64,000 nt of DNA from Balanoglossus misakiensis (lineage: Eukaryota > Animalia > Hemichordata). The position numbers were made by a program, and so were the translations under genes. Within the stretch, counting starts at the first letter, position 1. Each line of letters begins with the position of its first letter. Below are positions 1 to 15,100 of this stretch, one piece after another. The stretch lies in NCBI GenBank assembly GCA_040954595.2, contig CM082581.2, forward strand, positions 3,402,699-3,466,698. The letters run 5' to 3'. Under the pieces are notes generated by a model, which saw only the letters and a list, made by a program, of their open reading frames with translations, searched no databases and was not told where the DNA came from.

Positions 1-407
1 GCAGTCGCTGTGTGTTGATAAGAGTGGAACTTTCATATAAGGTACAACGCGCCGCCAGGCAAAGCGACTGTACGTTTCTGTACACATATATTTGATATGA
101 ATATTCATGAGCAGCGTTAATTCGCATATAGAACATCTAGAAGCGCACACAAGCTCGCGATAACGTCCAAAAATGTGTATTCTGTACGTGGTATGTACGC
201 GTACAGAACATCAGGTGGACGCGACACTAATTTGATTGACAGACATACGAGGTTCGAATGTCCTCCGCTACTTACTAAAATCTGCTAATACCACTTGAGG
301 GCGTTTACAGAATCGGCAAGACTGTGTGATTCGCGTCGCGTCCACAGGACGTTCTATACGTAACGCGAACGCGCATTTCAGTATCACACAGTCCTGGAGC
401 AAGACTA
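1..407. mobile_element. Probable right end of a TAG...CTA (Academ-like) element running off the window
   Basis: CpG-rich block ending GCAAGACTA at 407, with an internal inverted repeat CAAGACTGTGTGAT / ATCACACAGTCCTG. The left end and TSD are not visible. Confidence 0.4.
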
Positions 408-1139
408 AAGTTCTATATACATTTGTGTTGCAAACTGATGTGATTGCCTTTTGTTTCATATCATTACTAGAGAAAAACTGCGGAAGTCTGAAGGTAGACT
501 CGAGAGCTTGTAATAAAATCTTGTGCTTGTGTGCAAGGCAACTCACTGGCCAGCCTGCTTGCTGATATCATTTTCAGAGCTAAAAGTAAATCATTACATG
601 AAATTGTACTCAACATTACATAATAATCATGACAATTATGACGTCCATGGATAGTAGCTCCCGTCATGTTATCTGAACAAAACGGCAGTCTAAATACATC
701 CATATTGCACTGTATGATACAGTACTATCATAACACAAATAAACATGCATACATGTATGTCTGTGAACACTAGCTGCATGGTGCATGTCCACGCCTGTCA
801 CAACCTTTCACTCCCATTTCTATTAAAGAAGGTGGTGAAAGGGTTAACAGCTTTGAGAATTCCTAGATTAAATTTCTTTGCATCAAACCTATAGCTTTAC
901 ATGAAATTTGATAATTTTCTTGCCAATTAGTGGCGCATCATATTGATGGTGCACCAAGTATGTCTTTAATGAACATCAAAACAGCATGCACGTTCATTCG
1001 CACTAAATTTTACGGTGTTTCTGTAGACACAACAACAGCACACACCATTCCAGATTCACCTAGTAATTATACATTCATCAACTATCACTACTGTCAGAGA
1101 TGACACATAATGAAAGTGATCTCTGTAGCCATTTGTAAA

Positions 1140-4100
1140 TTACATCCACTCCAGTTCTTGTCCCAGATGTTCTCCAATCTCAGCAGACTTGTTGCAGTAA
1201 TACGCTGATGCTTGTTTGTTGCCAAGGTTGGACAGTATATGTGCATACTCCAAATATATGGCCGAAACCACTTTCTGTGCATAGTCATAAGGAAAACAAA
1301 ACGAAATATTTTGCAACACAAAAAGTCAAACTACCTTGCAGGTTTTCAATTATCTATCATTTGATTGAGAAGGGGCAAACATCACCTAGGACACATTGAA
1401 ATGTCTGTGTTCAACTCTGATGTGCTGATTGACAGGTGCATATGAGCTGTTGCTTGCTTCCAATTGAGTTCGAGTGAAATTCAGGGAGGTCTACTGACTA
1501 AGAGTAATAATTAGAAAACACCGCTAATCAAACCTGTACTGATCAAAAGGATATTTGTTTCTCCAGTTTCTGGTAGGAGCCCGAATTCGGAACAAGCCTC
1601 GGCAAAGAGTGCCGCCCGATCAAAATAATGCATACTAGAAGGAAGAATAAGCACAAATTATTTAGTGCAGGAATAAGACTGTTGTTAGAAGCTTCATCAA
1701 CGCACCCCCCCCCCCCCCCTCCCAACAATTTCAGTTTGCTGCTCATCAATGAATTATGAATATTTCTTCTTTCAGTGCAAATCCAATCCTGATTTCCATA
1801 CAAACTGCAGACACCGTGTTGTTGTTCTTTGACAGTCTTTCCGTCGTGTTTTAATGAAAACTGAGTGAATCGGAGTAACTTTTAATAAGTGGCAGCTGCT
1901 CACCCACCTGTACAGGATTTCTAAGGCTCTTTGAAATAGACCCAGTGAAATCATCACCAATACTGCTTTGCTTTTCTGATTGACTTCAGGTAAACACAGA
2001 TGATCTGCCCAGCGTTTCAAAACTTCACAGCATTCAGCGTACTTCAGAGTAGACTGTGAAAGAAATAGATTGTTATGATTAAAGACCCTATAGGTGCCCA
2101 ATCTCACATATTTTTCCCCACAGTAAAATACTTCAAATATATTCCCTATCCTCTATAAATCCTCACCAATAAGCCATATTACTTGCATTTGCATCATTTT
2201 GTCATCTCTTGGCGACGCATACCACGATAGCTGCGTACTGTTTGTATGGAGGCTGATTAAATCGGTGCGGCATCATTTTAATACATAGTGTGTTCAAATC
2301 GCTACATACATGTACAACCACAATTGGGCATTGATAAGGTGTTCATGAATACCTATCAGTAAGCTTATTTAGATTGACCAATTTAAGTTGGAAAATAAAA
2401 TCAAGAAAATAATGCAAAAGTGGCAGCTCTCGAGGCTTTAATGTTCAGACAGCCACTGGGCTTTATTTTCAGAATACTGGAATTGAAAGGCCCCCCCCCC
2501 CCCCAGTGAAGAGACATTGCACATGTATTCACTTGTACATGGTGCCACAAATAGCCTACCTTAGCCAACCAGACTGCCTTCTGCCACTGACCATAGGTTT
2601 GTAGATATCTGCAAGCGTCCAATCCTTTATCAATTAAACAAAGCAACTGCACTCCCTCTGGAGATGAAACAAATACAATCACTTTTTAAATTAATTAATG
2701 AGATTGAATTGACATTAAATAATGTAACACTAACTCAGATCTTCGTCTGTAGGTTTAAATAGATAACAAATACAGGTTTTAAGATTTGATTTTAAAAAAT
2801 GGATAGAGAGATAAACTTCAAGGAGAAGTTGATTCCACAGTAAAGGGACAGTGATGCTGAAGGGACAGTCACATTATTTCTTAATACATTTTATATCCGG
2901 TCAGTTGTTTTTATTTACTGCCCTGTTTCGGTTTAAACGGCCAGTGTGTCGTAACATAATCTCACAGGTTAATATTCTGTTTTGACACCTGATCAGCAAT
3001 TAGGTATTGTCAAATACATGTAAAAATATGGCAAATGGATATTAATCATCAACCAAAATTTTTCCCTAAGCAAGGTTTGGATGTTGTTGGATGATCCCGA
3101 AGAATGAGAACGCCCATGTCATTAAAATTATAATATCACAGTCATAATAAATTGTTGTGTCCTCTCACCTGAAAGTTTGCCATTAGCAATGAGACTGGTT
3201 GCAACCAGTTTAATGGTGCTCTGTGATGCCCCAGATGATCGTATCGTAGCAACCAGACATGCTCTCAATGAGTCTTCATAGTAGCATTCATTATTGGCTT
3301 CTGTCTCCAGGTATAACTGCACTGCTCTGTCAGACTGTGGAATAAGGGAGTCTATATTGGAGTATAAACACACCTAGACTGACACAAATGGTGAACACAC
3401 TGATTCTCATTACACTGGAGTACAGGTTGCTTGCTTGTGGAATAGGACAACCAGTCAAATCACACTGCACAAATTATTTTTTTAAATATAAGAATGAGCA
3501 AAAGTGAACTGAATTCAGATTTTACAAACAATATACAAAACATAAGCTTACCTGGCCAAGAAGCATGAAATTCTCTGCACAATTTTTAGTGTGTTCATAG
3601 CTTGTCTTCTTGTTGTCATGGAGATTGACTCTGTCCAATTGATAAATCTGTAACATAGTAATAATTTATAAGTACTTGTGTTAACTTATTGATTGTATGC
3701 AGAATATCACCTTGGTTTCCACCGGTGCTCTTAATTTCCAATTGCCTGAAAAGCTTTTACAAAAATACTGTGAGAGACACTGCTCCCATTGGATCATAAC
3801 TCTTAAATTTAACCCTTTCACCCCCAGTTCTTTCTATAGAGGTCCAACCTTACCGCACAAAAAGTCAAAACAATGGGGTTTGGACTGAACCATGGTGGTG
3901 AAAGGGTTAAGTGTGAGTGTGACATATAAGTTCGAATGCAAAGGTGATACATGCACTGGTTTGGATGGACATGCTCATATAGAATGATTCAATTAAAATA
4001 TCCCAATAGAATGCAGGAGACAGCTGCACCTGCCAAATTTCAGAAGTTACTGAAGCGTTTTCAAACAATAGCTGCCGATGACAAAAGGTATAATGTATAT

Positions 4101-6133
4101 GGCATTCACTGATTCAGTACGTGTAGAGTAATCACATAAGCCCATTGGACTTTCTATCCAAAGGACTAACACCAGTTGTCACACAAATTTTCATCTTTGA
4201 TAACTTCATTAAAGATGAAAGCACCTTGGGGACAGATTTTCAGAAAAATTTTAATCCCCACACCTTTCAATTCTTCGTTATACTAAAATCTGCAAGAAGT
4301 CTTTTTGAAAACAATAATGAATATAAATTTTCTCCATAGAGTCAACATATAGATCAGCCCCTTTTTTTAATTTCAAATTTGACACAATTTTGCTGCCTCA
4401 GTCTAAATTTTGCACTGTGACCCCAAATTGTTCTCAATTATAAGAGAAAATCATCAAAAGTTGCCTTGAACAAAAATGAGAAAGATTTTCAAGGTGAATA
4501 CTACCTTAATGTACACACCCGCAAACATCAAATTCAGTTTTTGTCATTTCAATCCTGTACATGTGTACAAACCTACTGAGGTGTCACCCGGACAGATATA
4601 CACATAGAGACAGATATTGGTACGACATTACATGTAGTTCACATGTGACAATGGCGAGTGTCATATTGACAATAAAATAAATAGTAGAATCAAGTGAATA
4701 CTAGTGCAAGCCAACAACTGGACTGTTCACTTTCTTACATAATAGTGCAGACACACTTGCCATCATTTCTTTCTACTTATTATAACCTTATAGTCTATGC
4801 AAGCAAAAGCTGACGACAGTGGATTTCTAAGAAGTGCTTAAACATTCATGTCTGGATAAAACGATAAAATCGGCAAAAGGTCAAGATTTTTCAAAATATT
4901 TGACAAAATGAACTGAAGATTTCTCAAAATAGTCCTAAACTGACATGCCCGTCAGACCTGTGTGCCTTGCACATCCAATGGAATGTATCCACAATAGGAT
5001 TATTTCTTTGCACACTTATCGCTTTTAGTCTTTCTATTCAACATTGTAAGACTGTTATAGGTCATAAGTACAGCTCTAAAGAATGAGTTGTATGGGTATA
5101 AGTATGACATGTCTCTGTGGAGAGAATAACAGGTGGCCAATTGTAGCACAATTCTTTTCTTAAAGTATACCTTTAAATAGGGGGTTGGGATAAAGAATGC
5201 CCCTCACAATAGTTATTAACGAAATATCCTCATGTGGTTTGATAAAGACTGAAAATATGTACCGTAATATATTAGCAATAAATTATCATGACACTCATCG
5301 TCATTCAGTGCACCTAGCTTATAGGTGTAGCATGGAATACGTCTGTCTCTTCTGTCCATGGGAGAAGTGTACTCAATACTTGTGGTTTCAAGATCAAAAG
5401 AGCGACTTTGTCCTTTTAAAGCCCCCCCCCCCCCCCCCCCCCCCCTCCATACCTTAGGAATGCCCATAGTATTAGTAATTCCAACACAAGAAAATTGCAC
5501 CTGTACTACATGTATACAGTCAAACCTCTCTATTGTGGCCAGTCACGGGGCTTTCCTAAACTGGTCTTTATAGACCTTTATAGACAGGTGGCCTTTATAC
5601 AGAGGTTAATTAATGCAAATGTGAATTGCGCAGGGACTGTAACAAAATGGCCACTATATAGAGGTGGTCACTATATAGGGATGGCTACTAACGGGGGTTT
5701 GACTGTATCCAAATTGCTGAAGTATGACTCCTACTTAGGACCTGGATTTGTGAGCTACAGATAGTCTTATAAACATCACCACAAATGCCATACACCACAC
5801 ACAAACCAAAATGTTGTGTTGTATGCTATAGGATCTAAAAGCATGTCATTGCATGATATTTACCTGGTAAGACTGATTGTCGCACAGCACATCATAACAT
5901 GTATCCAGAGGTGGTTCATTGAGACAATCGCAGACATTCAGCTGTTTCCCTTTGCCATTCAAACTCAATAAATCTTGGCTGGAATCTTGTGGCTGGAACA
6001 CATCACAGGGTGGATCTGGCTGTGACATCACACTGTGGGAATCCTTTGCAAGAAATAAGAAGATGTCTTTAGTGTTAATACTCAAACTGCAACATAGCAT
6101 GCAAAACTTAGTTTTAGTCCTTTGCATCCTGAC

Positions 6134-6165
<32 letters not shown>

Positions 6166-9100
6166 TATGATCTATGATGTCAGACATTTTCTCCCTGGCC
6201 AGAGTAAAGTTGCTGATCTATTCTTCGATATAAAATGACGTCAGACGCAGCTGATGGGCAATGTAGTGCAGATGACGACTGTGCAGACGAAACGCCATGA
6301 GGCTGATGAGGCACCATGCCTGGCGGTTCTAAAGTATAAACATACATATACCTCAGTCTGATTTCATAAGAATACCGGTAGTACTAAATGAATCTAAATA
6401 TCTATTAATGAAATAACACATGTAGCCATATTGGATAATTCAAATTAAACGATAGAACCAGCAATTGCCAAAAGTGAGTCCCCATTATGTTAAATATAAG
6501 ACAAAAGAATTCAAAGTTCAGAAGAAAAGCATGAAGTAACTGTCAGTAGTTTTAACTTTAATGGAAGACAGGAATCTCTGTGGCGAAAAACCTACACATC
6601 CCAAACAATGTGATTCAGACAACTTAATTTTCTAATCAGTTCTTCAGCCCACAAGAATAAAAATTCAATTCCAGGACTTGCCAGAAAGATAATACAATGT
6701 ACAGAAATCCCAAAGTGGTTTAATGTGCACTTTGAATCAATGGAACATAAAAGAGACAAAGTCACTATCTCCTATTTTCATTCCATGTGAGATTTCTTTT
6801 TTGAGATAATACACATTTCTCTTCTGTTTTTCATCTCATGGGGATAAAAATCGATGAATGAATTTGATAACATGATGATGTACACTGAACAAATCTCAAA
6901 TGAGGTCGCCTGTAGGTGTGCAATGTATTTTTTTACTTTAAAGGGAAGTGGTCGTTGCGCCGCGTGGGTGTCCCCCTTGATGAGAATATGTCCTTTCAGA
7001 CCAGTACAAAACTCGATGCAGTCGCCACGACTTACAAGGATCTTCTATGGTTTGATTGTACGTTCATTTTAAGAATTATCTAATTTCAGGGATTTGTGGA
7101 TGAATTGTAATGTTTATAAACAAACAAACATGGCGCGACGCCCCCTTAACTTGAATGTGTCACACTAAGGGTGTTTAAAGAAAGCAGAAACAAGCTTTCA
7201 TTTGATTGCAATTTACATTTTAAAAGTGTTTGCATAATCTGGAGAAAGGTACTTATTTCGGTCTGCCTTCTTCTCTATTCAAACATTATAGGCAAAACAT
7301 GAGAATTCTTACATTGCATAACTGCTGGTATGTCACTCACTAAAATGAAGTCATCAATGCATTCGATTTATCTGAATGCAGAATTAAACTTCTCAGTAAA
7401 GAAGAGCAAGACTTCTCAAACAAAATAGAATGAGACTTAGTCAAATCTCACCGTGCTGTCTCACTTCAACAATTTTTATATTATGGGGTCACACATATGG
7501 ATTTGAAACGCTCTGAAACATCTCAGGTCACACTGGCATAAACTATTATGTGCAAACGGTTTAAGTGGTCCTGAAATGTTTCAGATTTGAGACGGCTTTG
7601 CCTGCCAGTCCTGAGCCGCGTAAAGGAATAACACATTTTCACAACACAAATTTCAACAGCTTTACAGAAAGTCGATGTATATTTTATAATGTTTTAGTGC
7701 ATGTACCAGCGGATTGTCTTTTTACTGTTTTTGATTGACTTTTTTATCACTGTTCTTTCAATTTTTTATTAGTTTTTTGTTTGTTTGTCTTGTTGTCTTG
7801 TGCTGTTTTTAATTGTTTTTGTTGCCGCTTTTCTGTCTATGCCGCTGTGTTAAGTGTTAATAAATTTTAGCTGTTTTATGGGATGTATATTTCAATCCTG
7901 ATTTAAATAATTAATAAAATAAATAAATTGTCAATGGAGCCTAGCATCAGGGTCTATGCTTAAACTTTGTGTGTGTGGACACAAAGCGACTCAAAGGATT
8001 AATCCTCTGTGTTTACAAATGGCAAACAGCGTCTCTGAAACGTTTCTGGTTTTAGCCAGTGTGAACCTGGTAAACTGTAAACTGGGAAATTCTCACGCCA
8101 GAAAATTTTCGTGTTCTCATATCACTAACTGCATCATTATCTCTGCAAAACAACTTGACTCGACTTTCTATTTTTGCGTTTTTTTGGCTCTCGCAAAATT
8201 CGTTAAAAAATTTCCCGTTTTACAGTGAATTCTCGTTGTGTCTCCATTACCTTGTGAATGAGGCATTCTAGTCTGGCTTGTTCCACTTTCAAGTAGTACA
8301 GCGCCACCGTCCAGAAATTCACCTCAGCTTCATCACCAAACAACCTTGCAGTCAGAAGACATCGTTGTGCCACTCCATTCTGACAGTGCGGTAAATAACT
8401 GCTTATATCGGCCGGCAGCATTTTGAACTGCTCGTTCACCAAGGATACAATGTTGTCTGCATCTGGTAGGTCCCTGATTGTTAAAAAAACCCATAACTAT
8501 TCATAAATGTTCTGTTTGCTGTTGATATTGTCAGTCTTACTCTTCCCATCCCCAGTTCTCTATGTACAGGTCCAACCACACACTCTTGACAACAGCTGGG
8601 TTACACCAAAGGTGAGTAGGTGAAAGACCACATTTCTTCACATAGAGATCGACAGACTCTAATGTAAGATTCATGTCTTACAGTTGAGGTGGCTGGAATC
8701 CATACAGTGACTAGCAATATACGCAGCGATATTGCTGGCCGTATGGGCATTTCATTCAGTAGTTAAATAGCTAGGCATTTGAATACGTTGGAAACATTTA
8801 TGTCACTACTTTTAGCAGGTCGTGGAATTGGTACATCAAATGCCTGGCTGAGTACTGAATGAAATGGCCAGTGATATAGCCATGTCACTGTCCAAATTCC
8901 AGCCACCTCACAGTTAACCTGTCTTGTTTTTAATTCAAGAAACTAGCACAGTGTAATCTGTGAAGAAGCATATTCACAGATAGTCTTTTGGGGGAAATAA
9001 ATCATTTGATGTGCTTGTCAGGATGCAATATCCAACATTATATTATATCATGCTACCGTCCGCAATTCTGATTGGACGAGAGCTCAATCCAGCGATACTA

Positions 9101-12100
9101 AAATACTCAATAATGCACTGCTGGCAGTGGTAAAACCCGCCCCTGAACTAGCATACGGCAGCAAAATGTGCGGTTAAACCACAGTCGCGCATGTTTTAAC
9201 CAAATAAATAAAACAAAAATACTGTTGAATTAACGGACGTTTTATTTTGGAACTGCTCTGTGGAAATATTTGTCACTTTGCCACGCGCGATGCCCGTCTT
9301 GTCACTTTTTGTCGTCTGCTTCATGTTTAATGCTCGATTCCGGCTGGATCCCGGCCGCTCGTGTTTACATTCATCGTCGCCATGTTGGTTCACGATCGTA
9401 ATTTCTCTTTCTGTCGCCGTTTCGGTAAGAAAATGACACTGATATGCCACAAAAACAATTGTTGATATAATATAATAGCAATAACCCCCGCCTCAGTCGG
9501 GTATACACTCGATTTGGGTACAATTCGCTCCATAGCACTCGCCTGACGGCTCGTGCTATATGTCTCGAATTGTACCAAAATCTCGTGTATACCCGCCTGC
9601 GGCGGGGGTTATTGCTTAAACAAACCCTGCACATCAAAAATTGGACAAACCTCTCAACAGACACAACCAGTAAGGGCAAAAACACAATGTTTCCAACTTA
9701 CAATTCATCTAGATGGAGTCTGTATTCACTCATCCACGGTTGATGCTGAAGTAAATATTTCAAATTCAAAGCGGCTTTCGATGGCAACAAATGTGGACTG
9801 AACAGTGGATCTGAAAGAAGAATGACAATGATGTTAAGTACATGTATATAGGTAAAAGGTAGCACACTGTCTCTTGCTGACTTGATTTATAAAGGGGCCA
9901 TATTGGCTGTGGAAGTGTAGCTTTAGGCCAAAAAAATGAATGAAATTTTTCTGGTCAGTGTGAGCGTCACTTGAATAAGCGCATCACCACTTTTTTCCTG
10001 TTTTGGGGTGGCAGACACAGCAAACTCAAACTGCGTTTTGCGTTCTAGTTTTTCACTGCATCGCTATCTCCGAAAAACATTTTTACGCAACTTTTTATCT
10101 TTGCGTTATTTTGGCTCTCACGTAGTTCATGAAAATTTATCGTTCCCGATGATTTTCCGTTTTACAGTATTCTAAAGTAAATTTTATCACTGAACAAAGG
10201 GTATGAAGAATATAGTTCAATGGGGAATCCCTTTTCCAGGAAAACAATTTATTGGTTGTCAACTATATTAGTTGATATTTACCTGGAATTGCAAGTTCTT
10301 CCAATGGAGATGAGCAGACTTTCAAGGAGAGATCAAAGACTCTGATACATCCATCATTGGTTGCAAGGATGGGTTTGTCTGATGTTGCCCACTCTACATC
10401 ATTTATCTTGGCAATCTCACGTGGGCTTCGAATGTTGCTAACCTGTTCAACCTTCACATACAGAAATATATACATTTTAAAAGTTTCATAAAAACTGAGA
10501 AATATATACATTTAATAAGTGTCATAGAAAATATCTCAAAACTACATTATGTAATAAACTGCTAACAATTCTATTTAACTATTGAAATATAATGAAATTC
10601 ACAATGACATTTTTTTCAATCTAATTATATAATTCAACCAAACTCTACACAAACATATTTGTATTATAGTGTATCTCAGATGGTTTAAAGATGTACATAA
10701 AGATGAGCATAAAAAGATAAGACATATGCAAATTCAAACTGTCCACCTACATCTTTTGTGTCCCATATGTCCATGCCATCATTGTAAAGTACTAGTAATT
10801 TGTGATTGCCTTTGCCAGGAGCAAATTTGATCTTTTTAACCCATCCTCTGTGAGTTGGAACAGCCCTGGGAAATACAGAAAAAAAAACACACCAGAAAAT
10901 GTAAACAAATAGTTTGATAATGGGTTCAATAAAAATAATTGCAGATGATCAGCTTGGTGCAAAAACCTGTTATACTATACATATCCCTTTTCCTCCCAGA
11001 CTTAATACCAGCTATTTTATCAAGTGGCTGAAAAGCAGTTTTTTGCCATCTGAAGTATTTTGACAGGGATTGAACAGCTTGTGTTTCCTTGCCATGTGTG
11101 TATTTGGGCAGGGTTGCATGGCTTATGTTATCTGTATCCAAGGTTTATAATCAGTTCACTGAATTGGGAAGAAAAGCTATACACTACCTAGTACATGAAA
11201 AGTCAAACTGTTGCTACTGCTTGACATTACTATAACACTGTAAATACTTCATTCTCAACCATTCCTTTAGCATGTGAAATCTATGTCCAAACAATGACAA
11301 TCAACAAAGATCCTCAGTCCCACTTTGATCAAAAGTGACACATATGACAAAAGAAATACCCGGTAATCATCAAAGGAAATTTTCTGGTAGGTTTTGCAGG
11401 TTTGCCAACTGAGGGCTCAAACCTTCTTGTTGCCATACCTGGACACTCTTGCTTTCAGGTCCCAAATACTAAGATTTCCATCCACATCACCCAACACTAT
11501 TGTATCTGCTTTCCAAGCTATACATGTCACACTTCCCATTCCACCCTGGGAAAAAAGAGGAAATAGACATTATTATACAGCTGGCACCGAGAACAATAGA
11601 ATTTAGCATGCAATAAAAAAGCCGTACGGAACGGGACGTACGGAACACGTGTTAAATACGCCTTAAGTTTCAAGGCGTCCCAACTCACGGTATAAAGGTA
11701 TGCGTTGTTATGCGGACGGTTTCAAGACACCCCCACTACAATTTACGTAAACAAAAAAGAAAGATGGCTGCTCACTGAGTCAACTGAGCGGTTTTCGATC
11801 GATTGTATCGGCATTTTGAAAGACAAGTAAAATGCAACACAAGAACTAACGGAGATGTAAGATGTATAATAATAAGGTTATTACGAAAATACCGCAAAGT
11901 ATGCACGAGGACATTAGCGCTCAGTATCGCCCGACGTGTACATAATATTTGATATTCTATTATAAAAAGCATATTGGACTGAATAAGTTTGCAATGAAAT
12001 AAACATGTAGCCAATGATGCCACATGGATACAGCTAGTGTCCCTTTAAAATTAAACTAATGGTGTTAATTATTAATTGGGGACAGAAAAAAGGGTAAAGT

Positions 12101-15100
12101 GATTTGAATATTCTTACTTCAGGTGGAATTTTGGCACCATCTTTGATTGTGTTGCCTTCCACAAAGAAATGATACAACAATCCATTTGTGTCGGTGAAGA
12201 CAAAATGTTCTTTGATGTTAATGGGTTGATTGACTTTCCTCTCAGGCTTGGCTCCAGATTCTGTCAGAACAAAGGCGAACAATATTTAGATGAAATAAAA
12301 AAAGCATTGTCCATGGATTTCCCATCATTAAGTGAAAACATTTTATTCGCCATTCTGATGTCTGAATACTATTTTACACTCAACAAACATTCTTATCCAG
12401 TAGTAAGTCAAGCAAGGGAGCCCTCTAGTGTTCAACAGACACCACCAAATCACAACCATGGGAGAGTCACTCCGAGTCTGATCATGGCACACACCAAGTA
12501 CTATTCCCCCATTTTCTCTATGATACTTTGTGCATTCCTAAAACCTAAGCTTAGCTCTGGGCATGGAAATTTAAAAAAAAAATAGGCTAACTTGTGACAT
12601 TCTCAGAGTGTTTGAAAAACGTGAAGTTTCCTGTTGCAATGTATAGTAAAATCTGTTGAAACAGAACCCTGTCTAATCTGGAAACCTGTCTATACCGAAC
12701 ACATTTTCCAGTCCCTTTGACATAGAACCACACGTTACAAGAACCTCTATAAACCAGACACCTCTGCAAACTGGACAATTTCTTCAGTCCCTTTGGTGTT
12801 TGGTTTAGACAGGTTTTACTGTACCTGGAATTGGCACTGAAGTTGTTGTCATCTGATCAGATGTTTGTGTTGGAATTCTTGCAACACTAACTGCAGCTTC
12901 CTGTGATAACTTCTTTTTCAGACCCTTTAAATTGCTTGATGGTGACCATTCCTATTGACACAAAAATATAACACTATGCTCAGTTTTTATGGTATGTGTG
13001 TGTGCTTGTCTGTCTGTCTATGCATGTCAGTATTCATACAGTTTGAACAATATTCATCAACAAATACACTCATATATAACTTCAAAACTTAGGAAACAAA
13101 CACTGTATCAATTCCACAAGGGAAAATAGGAAATCAAATTATATTTAAAAAAAAATTTAATTCACAGATACACTCAAGGATTGATACCACAGAGAATGAC
13201 AAGATTTACAATCTTGTTTGGACGGAAATTTATTACTTCCAAATAAGAACCAGTACTCACCAATGCAGTGATCATAGGGAAGTTTTTAGGCATTTCACGC
13301 AACAGTGTACCAGTACGTAAATCCCACAATTCAAAAGGTTTCTCTTTGAAAACAATGATGAAATACTGCCTGAAATAAAGTAGGGGCAAATACCAATACA
13401 TGTAGGTGTTAATAAATGATCTTGTTATTTCATTGTGCTGTCAACAAGAAATACAGATACTACAGCAAGTGCCAATTTTTGCTCTACATGCAAAAACCTG
13501 TTGCCATGCAGTTTCAGGCAATTATTCTCTTCATACACCTTTTTCATAAGGCTAGCGCCCTCACGCAGCTACATTTTTGTATCATAAATTTGAACTCAAA
13601 GCAAGGCCAATGGGGAAATCCCCCCTTGATGTGATTGGTCAACTTTCTTCATTGGTCTTGCTTTGAGTTCAAATTCATGATGGCTATGTGAGGGCTATTT
13701 TATATAGGGCGCTTGTCTAAAGATCACTGGTGCACAGAATGAAATGGGCAGCGTACTGCTCTTGACAGTGTGCAGAGCTGTGTTGCTTCCAGCAGAAAGT
13801 GTGAAATCACTCAGTTTTGTTCACTATTCATCAAGAATTGAAAGGAAGTAGCAAGTTACAGTGAAAATAAACGTGGACGTACAGCAAAAGTTTTTTGCCC
13901 ATGAAATGTTTAGCAGAGCTGGCAGACATAGTAGCATCTGGGAAGGGGGTGTGTGTGTGAAGCCATAGGGGCCGCGACACTGTTTGGGCATAGGGAGAAC
14001 CCTGCATATTTTCACGACTCACTTTAATTGTGAAACTCGCAAAATCTCGATTGGTGATTCTTCATTCTTGTCGCCACGGAGACAAGTTGTCTGTCCTGTC
14101 TGCATGTCTGTTAGGATCAGCTCATTACGGACCAAACCACTGCTGTTTGGGTTGGCGTATGCATACGAGAGAAAGCTGCTCAGACTGACCCATTCAATCC
14201 CTCGGATGTGAAAGAGATGGATGTTGTATTCTCGCCAAAGCAATCCACTGGATAAGTTGTACACTTGTACAAGTCCAGATGAGCTACCTAGGAATCAAGA
14301 CAGGAAAGATTGGGTCTTCAAAGGGCTTTTTTGTTTGTTCTTTGCATCAACTACTGGGTAGTTTCCGTGATTAAATCTTCAAGATGTTATGAAGAGTCAT
14401 GTCTTAGAGGGACCACATCTCTTTCTCGCTGCCCGTATTTCATTTATTATGTTTGATACAAGACACTGTTTATGTTATTCTACATGTGGATATATAGTGA
14501 ATGAACATTCAACCACACACAACTTCCATCTTACTTGTAGACTCGACAGTGAAAAACTTGCCAAAATGAATAATTGGTGTTTACCGTTTATTCCTTTTGG
14601 CGAGATTTTTACTCTCATATCCTACAAACGGGATGGAAGTTGTGTGTGGTCGAACATTGATTCACTATATATCCACAGGTAGAATAACATAACATTGTCT
14701 TGTATCAAACATAATTAATGGAAAAAGGGCAGCGAGCGAGAGAATTTGTCCCATCAATTGACAAGTAAGTACAACAATTTTCTCTCTTTTGTCCAGAATG
14801 GATGTGTTTGAAAATAACAATGATTTTAATTGTAATTGCCTGTGAAATGTTTACTTGTGAACTGCTTCATTACAAACATCAATCCTCTCTCCAACACTAA
14901 CAGTCTTGCTTACTATCTTGCTTGAAGTTTTTGATGGTACAGCCATATGGAATTTCAAAAACAGTATAAAATTGGCACTATTTTGGTTCCATAAATTCTT
15001 GTACTGAGAAAAGAATGAATTTAAAAAAAATCTGAGATGTGTTTGGTTACTTCTATCTATATATGAAATTCATTTATAGACTTCATTTCATTCAGTTAAA

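Noticed and set aside
1275-1276. Canonical AG acceptor for the last WDR11 exon
   Set aside because: It is out of frame with every plausible upstream donor, whereas the AC 2 nt upstream fits the U12 donor.
6180-6330. Possible extra WDR11 exon
   Set aside because: The frames I read end in stops, there is no WDR11 similarity, the flanking exons already join in phase, and it resembles the repeat at about 15830-15900.
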